32,000 bases of DNA from an uncultured Acidobacteriota bacterium (GCA_963703465.1 CAVPEQ010000004.1:57893-89892); one strand, 5' to 3'; shown: positions 6,805 through 14,591, counted from the stretch's first letter. Program-made: numbers and translations. Notes: a model not told the origin generated them from the sequence alone.

Positions 6805-7806
6805 GCCTTCCGTCCAAAATCTCTCGCTCAAATATTTATCGCCGGAGTCAGGGAAGATTGTGACCATCACGGCTTCGTCGTCCTTCTTTAATTTATGTGC
6901 TACCTGCAAACATCCGGCGATGGCCGCTCCTGCCGAGATGCCCAGCAGTAGGCCTTCTTCACGCGAGGCGCGAATCGCATAAGCATAGGCGTCTTCAGTT
7001 GCTATTTCGATGTCTTCGTCGGCCAGCTTGGGATCGTATATCTTCGGCACGATGGCGCTGGCCATGTGCTTCGCGCCCTCGATGCCATGAAACGGCGAAT
7101 CCGGTTGCAGGGAAATGCAGCGTACGTTGGGGTTCAATTCTTTCAAGCGGCGCGACGTGCCCATGAAGGTTCCACTGGTGCCGAGCATGGCCACGAAGTG
7201 CGTGACCCGTCCTTCCGTTTGTTGCCAGATTTCTTCAGCTGTGCCATGGTAGTGAGCCTGCCAGTTGGCCGGGTTCGAATACTGGTCAGCGTAAAAATAT
7301 TTTTCCGGATCGCGGGCGTAGAGTTCGCGTGCCGTAGTAATGGCTCCATCCGATCCGTCAGCAGGGTCGGTGTAGATGATGTTTGCCCCGTAAGCGAATA
7401 GAATGCGCTTGCGCTCAACCGAAACATTCTCCGGCATGCACAGCGTGACCGGAAATCCATCGGCGGCGCCGATCATGGCATAGGCGATGCCGGTGTTGCC
7501 GCTGGTCGAATCGAGCAGAGTTTTGCCGACTGAAAATTTTCCGCTACGCCGTCCTTCTTTCACGATGTTGAAGGCAGCGCGATCTTTTACTGATCCACCC
7601 GGGTTGTACCACTCGGCTTTCCCGAGCAGTTGCACATTAGGCAGATCGCGGACAATGCGCCCCAGCCTCAACAAAGGCGTGTTGCCGATGCGCTCCAAGC
7701 TGCTCTGGCCGAGCTTGGAGTGGCCAATCTCAGTCTCAGGTTCGTCGATTTTGACAGTTGAAGGCCGCATGCGCTTGTGACTATCGTAATGTCGCTGAGA
7801 ATACAA
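6796..7806 (-). CDS. cysM: Cysteine synthase (PLP-dependent; CysM/CysK family); alternative start at 7770
   Basis: It has the PLP-lysine motif GGSVKDR, IGNTPLLRL, the SGNTG loop and GTSGTFMG. It is 336 aa from 7806. The adjacent JAMM gene suggests the CysO-dependent CysM type. Confidence 0.85.
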   Translation of the reverse strand: MYSQRHYDSHKRMRPSTVKIDEPETEIGHSKLGQSSLERIGNTPLLRLGRIVRDLPNVQLLGKAEWYNPGGSVKDRAAFNIVKEGRRSGKFSVGKTLLDSTSGNTGIAYAMIGAADGFPVTLCMPENVSVERKRILFAYGANIIYTDPADGSDGAITTARELYARDPEKYFYADQYSNPANWQAHYHGTAEEIWQQTEGRVTHFVAMLGTSGTFMGTSRRLKELNPNVRCISLQPDSPFHGIEGAKHMASAIVPKIYDPKLADEDIEIATEDAYAYAIRASREEGLLLGISAGAAIAGCLQVAHKLKKDDEAVMVTIFPDSGDKYLSERFWTEGGF

Positions 7807-7910
7807 ATCAGCGCTTAGTGGTTAGATTATAGAAGAGCGCTCTAGGATACAGTGGTTTGGGTATGCGTCGATTAAGTGAGCGACGCATCTAACGATTGAA
7901 GGCAAGCTTT

Positions 7911-8001
7911 TTGCTATTAGCTCTTAGCCTTTAGCTGAAGCGATTTTGTTTTGGCTAAAGGCTAAGAGCTAAAGGCTAAAAGCTAGCAGCTAGGAGCTGA
8001 A
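7911..8001. repeat. Family C hairpin (C2) with an extended heptad array on the right arm
   Basis: TTAGCTCTTAGCCTTTAGC (7917-7935) pairs perfectly (19 bp) with GCTAAAGGCTAAGAGCTAA (7954-7972). The right side then continues as heptads AGGCTAAAAGCTAGCAGCTAGGAGCTGAA to 8001. The loop resembles that of C1. Confidence 0.9.
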
Positions 8002-8004
8002 TTA

Positions 8005-8478
8005 ATGGCAACCACCGTTGAGCAACGCACATACGAAGACGCAGTTCAGTGGCTTCGCGATCATGGCTTCGACTTAATCGAAGCCCCCGGCAGGCCCGGA
8101 CGCGTGTTCGTGAGGAAGTACAACGTCTCTGCCGCCATCGACAAAGATGGCGAAGACGGCGTGAAGATTTTCGCCTACCCTGGCTACGTGATCAACGGCG
8201 AGATGTCGAAGCTCATCAACCGCGGCTACCAGCAGGTGTTGAAAACCTCAAAGACCGAAGTTGCGGCCACCGCCGACCATTTAAAAGCTCTGCAGCAGTT
8301 CAGCGAAGAGTTGAAAGAAGCCCTCGGCCTGCCCAGCCTGTACAACGAATCGCTCGGCACAGTCAGCGAAGCTTATCAATATGACCGCGTAGTCGGTCGC
8401 GATAAACCGGCGATTGACCGTCCGAAGCGCCCGTGGGAAAAAGTTCGCCTGGCAACCAAGAAAAAAGGCCGCGCCTAA
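8005..8478 (+). CDS. Hypothetical protein (157 aa, basic C-terminal tail)
   Basis: The ORF is clean, with ATG at 8005 and GGAG at 7993-7996. I recognise no motif. The sequence is protein-like, MATTVEQRTYEDAVQWLRDHGFDLIEAPGRPG..., ending KKKGRA. Confidence 0.6.
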   Translation: MATTVEQRTYEDAVQWLRDHGFDLIEAPGRPGRVFVRKYNVSAAIDKDGEDGVKIFAYPGYVINGEMSKLINRGYQQVLKTSKTEVAATADHLKALQQFSEELKEALGLPSLYNESLGTVSEAYQYDRVVGRDKPAIDRPKRPWEKVRLATKKKGRA

Positions 8479-8490
8479 AGGGCTTTGGCT

Positions 8491-8538
8491 TTCCTCTGCG
8501 AACTTCGCGATCCCTCAGCGATCTTCGCGGTTAAATGC
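8491..8538 (-). repeat. Single-arm repeat related to family B (CTTCGCG/CTCTGCG units)
   Basis: TTCCTCTGCGAACTTCGCGATCCCTCAGCGATCTTCGCGGTTAAATGC has the same unit layout as left arm 217-250 (TTTCTCTGTGAACCTCAGTGTTCTCTGTGGTGAAAG), with CTCTGTG replaced by CT[CT][TC]GCG. No inverted partner lies nearby. Confidence 0.6.
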
Positions 8539-8561
8539 TTTTTAGCAGTGGGTACCGCCAC

Positions 8562-10586
8562 TCACTCAGCGATCCCAAAAAATTTCTCCACCTGCCCGAT
8601 ATCCGTCGTGCGCCGATAATTCGGCAGGCTCTCCACAAACACCCGCCCGTACTGTTTTTTCAGAATACGGTTGTCCAGCAACACCAGCAGTCCACGATCA
8701 TGCAATGATCGGATCAGCCTTCCGAATCCCTGCTTCAACGTAATCACCGCCGCCGGCACCTGGTACTGAAAAAACGCATTCCCGCCCTCGGCATCCACTG
8801 CCTTCACCCTCGCTGCGACTACCGGATCCGACGGCACCGCGAATGGCAACCGGTCGATAATCACGCAACTCAGCTGCTCGCCCTGCACGTCAACTCCTTG
8901 CCAGAACGAAGACGTCGCAAACAGCACGCAATTCGGTGTGACGCGAAACTCCTCGAGCAGCGCGCTCTTCGGAGCATCGCCCTGCAGCAGCATGGGAAAC
9001 TCAACCTCGCCCAACAATCTTTGATAAATGTCGCGCATCTGCGCGTAACTGGTGAATAGAACGAAGGCCCGCCCGCGAGTAATCTCCAGCAGTTTGCGAA
9101 TGCGGTCGGCAGCCTTTACGGAAAATTGCGGAGTGCGCGGATCGGGCAAATCCGGCGGAACATACAAAATTGCCTGGTTCGGATAATCGAAGTGCGAGGG
9201 CAGCACCAGATCTTTTGCGTGCTCGATTCCCAGCCGCTGGCGTATGTAATCGAATCCTCCGCCCACTGCCAGTGTGGCTGAAGTCAGCACCACGGTATCG
9301 AGCTTCGACCACAAGCATTCTCGCAACACCGGGCCAACATCGATTGGCGTAGCCTGCAACGACACGTTCAGCTTCTCTCGCCCCGTGCGTCGCCGTTCAA
9401 TCCAGAACACTGTATTGTGATCTTCCGATTCCATCGCGAAACCGAGCTGCACCTGCAACTCCTGCGCCCGCCGTGAGAACGCATAAACTTCTTCCGGCTT
9501 AGACGGTAAGTTTTCCAGCTCGGCGCCGATGTGGGTGAGCGAGCGCTGCAGTCCGAGAAATTCCTCGCCATTTTCTTCTAAAAATTCTCGCCGATTTTCA
9601 AATGCGAATCGCCCCTCCCCTTCGGGCAGCAGCGAAAAGAAAAACCCCGAGCGTTCCCGCAAGCTCTTGATGGCGCCGGAAAGCCCGGACGTGTACATTC
9701 GATTCCGCTGCAGTGATCCCTCAACGTCCCGGCACAACTCTTCCAGTCGCGCCGCGCTGACAGAAATCCCAAAATAATTTCCTGCAACGTCTTCCAACTC
9801 ATGCGCTTCATCGAAGATCACCGCCCCCGCTTCCGGAAGAATCCCGGCATCGGGCGCGCCGTCAGCCTGCTGCTTGATGGCCAGGTCGGCAAAAAACAAG
9901 TGATGATTGACGATGATGATGTCGCTTTCCATCGCCCGGCGGTGCATTTCGGTGACAAAGCACTTGTCCCACGCACTGCACTTCTGACCCAGACAGGTGT
10001 CGGCGCGGGCATCGAGCTTGTGCCAAAGCGCGCTAGCCTCAGGCAGAGAAGCCAGCTCCGAGCGGTCGCCGCTGGCTGTGTTTTCTTCCCACGCCGCAAT
10101 CGCGCGGTACTGTTCGATCTCATCAAGCCCGTTCAACACCGGCTGTCCGGTCAGGTCGTAAAGTTTCTTCCGGCACAAATAATTATTGCGCCCCTTCATA
10201 TAGCAAACGCTAATTTTGCGATTGCCTTCCGGATACAGCGCCTGCTGAAGAAACGGAACGTCTTTGTGAAAAAGCTGCTCCTGCAGATTCTTGGTTCCGG
10301 TCGAAATGATCACACGCTTGCCCGATCGAATCACCGGCATTAAATAAGCCAGCGTCTTGCCGGTTCCGGTGCCGGCTTCGACAATCAGGTGCCGTCGCTC
10401 TTCCAGCGCCTGTTCGACCGCCTGCGCCATCTGCAACTGCCCGCGCCGAAATTCATACGCAGGATGAGTCTGCGAGAGTACTCCACCCGGCCCAAAAAAC
10501 TGGTTGAGTGAAGGGCTGCCTTTGGGAATGGAAACAGCGGGCTGAGAACCGGCAGGCACGGAGTCTCTATAATAGCTGCGAGCCAC
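8562..10586 (-). CDS. dinG: ATP-dependent DNA helicase, DinG/XPD (Rad3-related) family with Fe-S Cys cluster
   Basis: It has Walker A AGTGTGKT, the DEAH box FDEAHELED, four Cys (CYMKGRNNYLC ... CLGQKCSAWDKC) consistent with the Fe-S domain, and C-terminal helicase motifs (SSFWQGVDV, QGFGRLIR). It is 674 aa. Confidence 0.85.
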   Translation of the reverse strand: MARSYYRDSVPAGSQPAVSIPKGSPSLNQFFGPGGVLSQTHPAYEFRRGQLQMAQAVEQALEERRHLIVEAGTGTGKTLAYLMPVIRSGKRVIISTGTKNLQEQLFHKDVPFLQQALYPEGNRKISVCYMKGRNNYLCRKKLYDLTGQPVLNGLDEIEQYRAIAAWEENTASGDRSELASLPEASALWHKLDARADTCLGQKCSAWDKCFVTEMHRRAMESDIIIVNHHLFFADLAIKQQADGAPDAGILPEAGAVIFDEAHELEDVAGNYFGISVSAARLEELCRDVEGSLQRNRMYTSGLSGAIKSLRERSGFFFSLLPEGEGRFAFENRREFLEENGEEFLGLQRSLTHIGAELENLPSKPEEVYAFSRRAQELQVQLGFAMESEDHNTVFWIERRRTGREKLNVSLQATPIDVGPVLRECLWSKLDTVVLTSATLAVGGGFDYIRQRLGIEHAKDLVLPSHFDYPNQAILYVPPDLPDPRTPQFSVKAADRIRKLLEITRGRAFVLFTSYAQMRDIYQRLLGEVEFPMLLQGDAPKSALLEEFRVTPNCVLFATSSFWQGVDVQGEQLSCVIIDRLPFAVPSDPVVAARVKAVDAEGGNAFFQYQVPAAVITLKQGFGRLIRSLHDRGLLVLLDNRILKKQYGRVFVESLPNYRRTTDIGQVEKFFGIAE

Positions 10587-10605
10587 AAATCAGCACAGAG
10601 CCGAG

Positions 10606-10635
10606 CCATGTGGGGACGGGCGCCCCCGCCCGTCC
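10606..10635 (+). repeat. Family A stem-loop repeat (A6, 9-bp stem variant)
   Basis: The sequence is CCATGTGG followed by GGACGGGCG (10614-10622), loop CCCC and CGCCCGTCC (10627-10635). It sits in the divergent dinG/der intergenic region. A small palindrome GTCGAGC-TAT-GCTCGAC follows at 10637-10653. Confidence 0.9.
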
Positions 10636-10672
10636 AGTCGAGCTATGCTCGACGAACTTTTGTTAACCTCAA

Positions 10673-12301
10673 ATGAATTCAATTCCTCTCATCGCCATCG
10701 TCGGCCGGCCAAATGTCGGCAAATCCACGCTGTTCAATCGTCTTGTTGGTTCCCGCCGCGCCATCGTCGGCGACGAACCCGGCATCACTCGCGACCGTTT
10801 GTACGGCGAAGGCCACTGGCGCGGATATGACTTCCGCATCGTCGACACCGGCGGCATCATTCCCGAAGACAAAGATTTCATCCCCTCAGAGATTTTCCGC
10901 CAGGCGCGGGTGGCGCTCGACGAATCTGCCGCGATCGTGATGGTCGTCGATGCCCGCACTGAATTGGCCGGCCCCGATCTCGAACTGGCGCGACTGTTGC
11001 GAAAAACCGGAAAGCCGCTATTCGTAGCGGCGAACAAAGTTGACTCTGACAAGCAGTCATCTCTCGCAGACGACCTTCATCGGCTGGGCATCCGCGAGAT
11101 CATTTCCATTTCCGCCGAGCACGGCCGCGGAGTTGATGACTTGCTGGATGCAATCCTCGCGGCGCTACCGAAAAAAACCCTCACCACAGAGGGCACAGAG
11201 AACACAGAGGGAAAAGCCACAGAGGAAAAACCTGAAGAGGGAAGAATTACAGCGGGTGCCCCGTCCTTCCCGCGTTCTGCGCGGGAGGCTGGGGATGTTG
11301 ACTCCCAATTACCCAGCACAGACGAGACAAAGGACTATCACAAATCCAAGCCCCAGTCTCAAAGGTCGACGCGTCGCCGGGAATCGAAGGTCTTGCCGAA
11401 GAGCGAAGACCGACAACCGACGACCGACGACGAAACTGAAAATGTGGAAGCTCCGGCGCCCTCGGAAGTCAGCGTTGCCATCATCGGCCATCCTAATGTC
11501 GGCAAGTCCACGCTGCTGAATCAACTTACCGGCGCTGACCGCTCGATCGTCTCCCCCGTCCCCGGCACCACGCGCGACGCGGTGGACGAAGTCGTCGAAC
11601 GCGATGGCATGAAGTTCCGTTTCATCGACACCGCGGGAATTCGCCGCAAGGGCAAGACCCACCTCATGGCCGAAAAGCTCTCAGTGGTAATGGCGCGCAA
11701 GCATCTCGAAGCCGCCGACATCGCCCTGCTGGTCATCGACGCCACCGAAGGCGTCAGCGCTCTTGACGCCGCAATCGCCGGCTATGCCCACGAGAGCGGG
11801 CGTTCCATGATCATCGTGGTGAATAAATGGGACCTGGTGACGAGCGGCGACAAAAAAGCCGTAAGCCAATCTCGGACGGCGAGAATTCAAGACGGCAAAC
11901 GCCCCGACGACCGTACCGCTTACGAGCAGCGCCTGCGTTATGCGCTGAAATTTCTGAATTACGCTCCGGTGCTTTTTGTCTCAGCCGCCAAGGGTAAGGG
12001 CACGGATAAAATCTTCCCCACGCTCGAGAAAGTCGCCGCCGAACGCCGCAAGCGCGTGACCACGGGCGAGATGAACCGCTTCCTCAAGCACGTCGACTTC
12101 GACCGCGCTTCGGTCCCAGTGCGCCAGCGCGTGAAAATTCTCTACCTGACCCAGGCTGCCGTGGCTCCCCCGACCTTCATTCTGTTCACCGACCGCCAGG
12201 TGAAGTTGCACTTCTCCTACCAGCGTTTTCTGGAAAACCAGATTAGAGCCGCATTCGGCTTCGTAGGCACACCTATCTGGATTAAAGTTCGAGCTCGCTA
12301 A
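10673..12301 (+). CDS. der: Ribosome-biogenesis GTPase Der (EngA) with an unusually long inter-domain linker
   Basis: It has two G domains (GRPNVGKST...DTGG...NKVD and GHPNVGKST...DTAG...NKWD) and a KH-like C-terminus. It is 542 aa. About 100 codons separate the two G domains. Confidence 0.95.
   Translation: MNSIPLIAIVGRPNVGKSTLFNRLVGSRRAIVGDEPGITRDRLYGEGHWRGYDFRIVDTGGIIPEDKDFIPSEIFRQARVALDESAAIVMVVDARTELAGPDLELARLLRKTGKPLFVAANKVDSDKQSSLADDLHRLGIREIISISAEHGRGVDDLLDAILAALPKKTLTTEGTENTEGKATEEKPEEGRITAGAPSFPRSAREAGDVDSQLPSTDETKDYHKSKPQSQRSTRRRESKVLPKSEDRQPTTDDETENVEAPAPSEVSVAIIGHPNVGKSTLLNQLTGADRSIVSPVPGTTRDAVDEVVERDGMKFRFIDTAGIRRKGKTHLMAEKLSVVMARKHLEAADIALLVIDATEGVSALDAAIAGYAHESGRSMIIVVNKWDLVTSGDKKAVSQSRTARIQDGKRPDDRTAYEQRLRYALKFLNYAPVLFVSAAKGKGTDKIFPTLEKVAAERRKRVTTGEMNRFLKHVDFDRASVPVRQRVKILYLTQAAVAPPTFILFTDRQVKLHFSYQRFLENQIRAAFGFVGTPIWIKVRAR
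11181..11232 (+). repeat. Family B single arm (B2) inside the der coding sequence
   Basis: CACAGAG lies at 11185-11191, 11194-11200, 11203-11209 and 11218-11224. Spacing and flanks resemble right arm 266-308. It is translated in frame as TTEGTENTEGKATEEK. Confidence 0.8.
11252..11296 (+). repeat. Family E palindromic element (E1) inside the der coding sequence
   Basis: The sequence is GCGGGTGCCCCGTCCTTCCCGCGTTCTGCGCGGGAGGCTGGGGAT. It matches the reverse complement of 17428-17470 in blocks of 11, 7 and 11 identical nt. It has an internal hairpin. Confidence 0.8.
11405..11434 (+). repeat. Family D heptad tract (D2) inside the der coding sequence
   Basis: GAAGACCGACAACCGACGACCGACGACGAA resembles the GACCGAA/GGCCGAC heptads at 30868-30899. 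It is translated as EDRQPTTDDE. Confidence 0.6.
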
Positions 12302-12315
12302 ATGATTGAAAGGAA

Positions 12316-12693
12316 TTAACGGGGTGGTTGGCTGTTTAGCAACTGTTCCAGCCGATTCAAGAGATATTGCGGATCTTCTTCGCCCTTGCGTATCCAAAGG
12401 TCGGCGATGCCCAGGCTTTCATCGAGCAGCTCCCCGTATGCGGAAAGAATAATAATCGGCACCGCGGGATTGATCTTGCGGATTTCGCGCGCCACCTGAA
12501 GGCCGTTCATATCGGCCATCCAGTAGTCAAGAATGACCGCGTCGACCGGCTCAGACTTGAATGATTTGATTCCTAAAGCCCCTGATTTGGCGGCAAGAAC
12601 CCGATAGCCAGCTGATTCCAGCAAGTGCTGCCTTAATTGGAGCGCGGTCTGCTCGTCGTCAATGCAAAGGATGGTGGAGGTTTTAGATTCCAT
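12316..12693 (-). CDS. Single-domain response regulator (CheY-like receiver)
   Basis: From ATG at 12693 the protein reads MESKTSTILCIDDEQ...AVILDYWMADMNG...IIILSAYG. The acidic pocket DD, the phospho-acceptor D and the conserved S are present. The longer ORF to 12867 would overlap the LacI gene. Confidence 0.8.
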   Translation of the reverse strand: MESKTSTILCIDDEQTALQLRQHLLESAGYRVLAAKSGALGIKSFKSEPVDAVILDYWMADMNGLQVAREIRKINPAVPIIILSAYGELLDESLGIADLWIRKGEEDPQYLLNRLEQLLNSQPPR

Positions 12694-12797
12694 TTCGAGG
12701 ACACGCACAAAGGCACCACAGGCAGCTTGGTTAGCCTGATACAGATGCTGGCACTGAAGCAATACAGTGAACAGTGTAGAGGCGGGCCCGACAGGCA

Positions 12798-13838
12798 CTA
12801 CCGGGCTACGGGGCCACTTGATTCCCGGATCGCGATCTCTGGCTGTACCGCAATCTCCCGCTGCCACTGGCCTTTATGTTCAATCTGCCGTACCAGTAAA
12901 TCTACCGCAATTTCTCCCATTTTGCGCAGTGGCTGTCTTATCGTCGTCAGGCTCGGATAATGGAACGCCGCTGCCGGAATGTCATCGAATCCAACCACTG
13001 ACACATCCTGCGGCACGCGCAATCCCGCTTCCTGGAACGCCCGGACGGCACCAATTGCAGAAATGTCGTTGTAAGCGAATAACGCGGTGAATGGCCGCTT
13101 CTTATCTATCAGTTTCCTAGCAAACGGATAACCCAGGCTCGGAGTCGAGTCGGTTGAGTCGATCTGGATCACCAGCTCGGGGTCGAGTTCCAGTCCGATC
13201 TCCTGCGCTACGTCTTGAACTGCTTTCCATCGACTCTCTGAATCCGCGCTATCCGGATGCCCTTTTAGGATTGCAATCCGCCGGTGCCCCAGCTCCATCA
13301 GGTGTTTGAGCGCTAACTCAGCCGCTCGGTGGTGATCGAGCACGATGTTGGTGACGCCCTCATTGTCCATATGGCCGGGAATCGCTACCGCGGGAACCGG
13401 CAAAGAGTGGGAAAGATTAAAGTCTAGAGTAATCAGCCCCTCTGCTCCCCGCTGCAATAACAGCCGGCAATATTTGTCGAAGAGTTCCTGGTTGTGGCGG
13501 TGTACGCCGGTCACGAAAAAGTAATTCTTATCCCGGGCACTGGCTTCAATTCCGGCAATGACAGTTGAACTATATCCATCGCCGATCTCGTGCGCGATCA
13601 CCCCGATGGTGAATGTTCTTTGTTTGCGAAGCGAACGGGCAAAAAAGTTTGGCCGGTAATCCAGCTTGCGGGCAGCAGCAATAATGCGCTCACGGGTAGG
13701 CTTGGGGATGTGCTTGGCGGACGGGGCGTCGTTCAATACTGCAGAAACGGTTCCCGCCGAAAGCCCCACGTGGGCGGCCACCGCCTTCAGTGTGACAATG
13801 CTTCCGTTCGAATCCTCTGTTTTCTTTTGTTCCGCCAT
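12798..13838 (-). CDS. LacI-family transcriptional regulator
   Basis: It has an N-terminal HTH (TLKAVAAHVGLSAGTVSAVLND) and a periplasmic-binding-protein-like sugar-binding core (FAYNDISAIGA..., VVGFDDIP). It is 346 aa. Confidence 0.9.
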   Translation of the reverse strand: MAEQKKTEDSNGSIVTLKAVAAHVGLSAGTVSAVLNDAPSAKHIPKPTRERIIAAARKLDYRPNFFARSLRKQRTFTIGVIAHEIGDGYSSTVIAGIEASARDKNYFFVTGVHRHNQELFDKYCRLLLQRGAEGLITLDFNLSHSLPVPAVAIPGHMDNEGVTNIVLDHHRAAELALKHLMELGHRRIAILKGHPDSADSESRWKAVQDVAQEIGLELDPELVIQIDSTDSTPSLGYPFARKLIDKKRPFTALFAYNDISAIGAVRAFQEAGLRVPQDVSVVGFDDIPAAAFHYPSLTTIRQPLRKMGEIAVDLLVRQIEHKGQWQREIAVQPEIAIRESSGPVAR

Positions 13839-13973
13839 AGTCCTGACAGCTCAGGATGAGACTCGTCCGGTAGTTGTTCGCGACGAAAGGCCTCTCATTA
13901 TATTGCAATCGTGTACTTTGGCGAGACGTAAGGTCTCGCCACGATTCACTTGCTTAGACGTATGACGACGCGA

Positions 13974-14525
13974 TTAGCCTCGCAACCCGGCTCGCCATAG
14001 CAGATAACTAGCGCTCTCCTTCATCAGCGCCACCATACTCAACCACAAAGACTTCGGCCTGGAGTCAGGCCGGGGTGCGAGAAACACCCGTAAGCCTTGA
14101 TGCATCAGCAGCATACGAATGCGGAACATGTGGTAAGAGTCGCTTACCGCCAGGCAACTGTTCATATGATTTGTCCGCATGATGGTGGCAACGCGCTCCG
14201 CAGATTCTGCAGTATCGGTAGCCTGAGTCTCCCCGATGAGGGCAGATTCTGGGATCCCCTTGCGCATAAGGTAGTCGTGGCCGACGCCACCTTCGCTGAA
14301 TTTAGGATCAGCCGCTGATCCCCCGGTCGTAATTACAACCGGCGCCAGTCCCTGGCGGAAGAGTTCATTGGCATGATCGAGCCGCGCCCTGAATACCGGT
14401 GATGGCCGTCCGTCATACTGCGCGGCTCCAAACACGATGATCGCATCCGCAGAATGAAGCTCTTGTTTTGTGGAGTCGTTGAGGATGGTTGCGAAGATTG
14501 AAGAGAATACGGCCAGCGCCATCAA
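13974..14525 (-). CDS. DUF218 / YdcF (SanA-ElyC-like) family protein; start codon uncertain (TTG 14525, ATG 14522, or an upstream CTG)
   Basis: Motifs AIIVFGAAQYDGRPSPVFRARLDHA, VVITTGG, and TDTAESAE...VSDSYHMFR are typical of DUF218. It is in the same frame as, and directly after, the corrected tsaC stop. Confidence 0.8.
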   Translation of the reverse strand: MMALAVFSSIFATILNDSTKQELHSADAIIVFGAAQYDGRPSPVFRARLDHANELFRQGLAPVVITTGGSAADPKFSEGGVGHDYLMRKGIPESALIGETQATDTAESAERVATIMRTNHMNSCLAVSDSYHMFRIRMLLMHQGLRVFLAPRPDSRPKSLWLSMVALMKESASYLLWRAGLRG

Positions 14526-14591
14526 GGCCGCGAGCGACAGTCGTCCAGAACAGCCAGCGGCTGGATTTCCGCTCAGCTTCCGCCGTAGCCA

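Noticed and set aside
7834-7888. 10-bp palindrome AGAGCGCTCT (7834-7843) and hairpin ATGCGTCG-N10-CGACGCAT (7863-7888) upstream of cysM, considered as a regulatory site or attenuator
   Set aside because: Both structures are visible. I cannot link them to any known cysteine-regulon operator or riboswitch class, and there are no supporting promoter elements.
971-10635. Could the recurring GC-rich palindromes (family A) be a CRISPR array?
   Set aside because: The copies are separated by irregular distances of roughly 0.8 to 4.3 kb that contain ordinary genes. One copy is inverted. There is no regular repeat-spacer periodicity, and no cas genes are present.
13841-13856. Inverted half-sites TCCTGA-CAGC-TCAGGA immediately upstream of the LacI-family start codon, considered as an autoregulatory operator
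   Set aside because: It does not resemble typical LacI/GalR operators (TGxxAxCGxTxxCA-like). One half-site doubles as the AGGA ribosome-binding site. The evidence is too weak.
13920-13940. Stem-loop GGCGAGAC-GTAAG-GTCTCGCC located 34 nt downstream of the DUF218 gene, considered as an intrinsic terminator
   Set aside because: The 8-bp stem is real. However, it is followed by AAAG on the transcribed (minus) strand, not a U-tract. I cannot support a terminator call from sequence alone.
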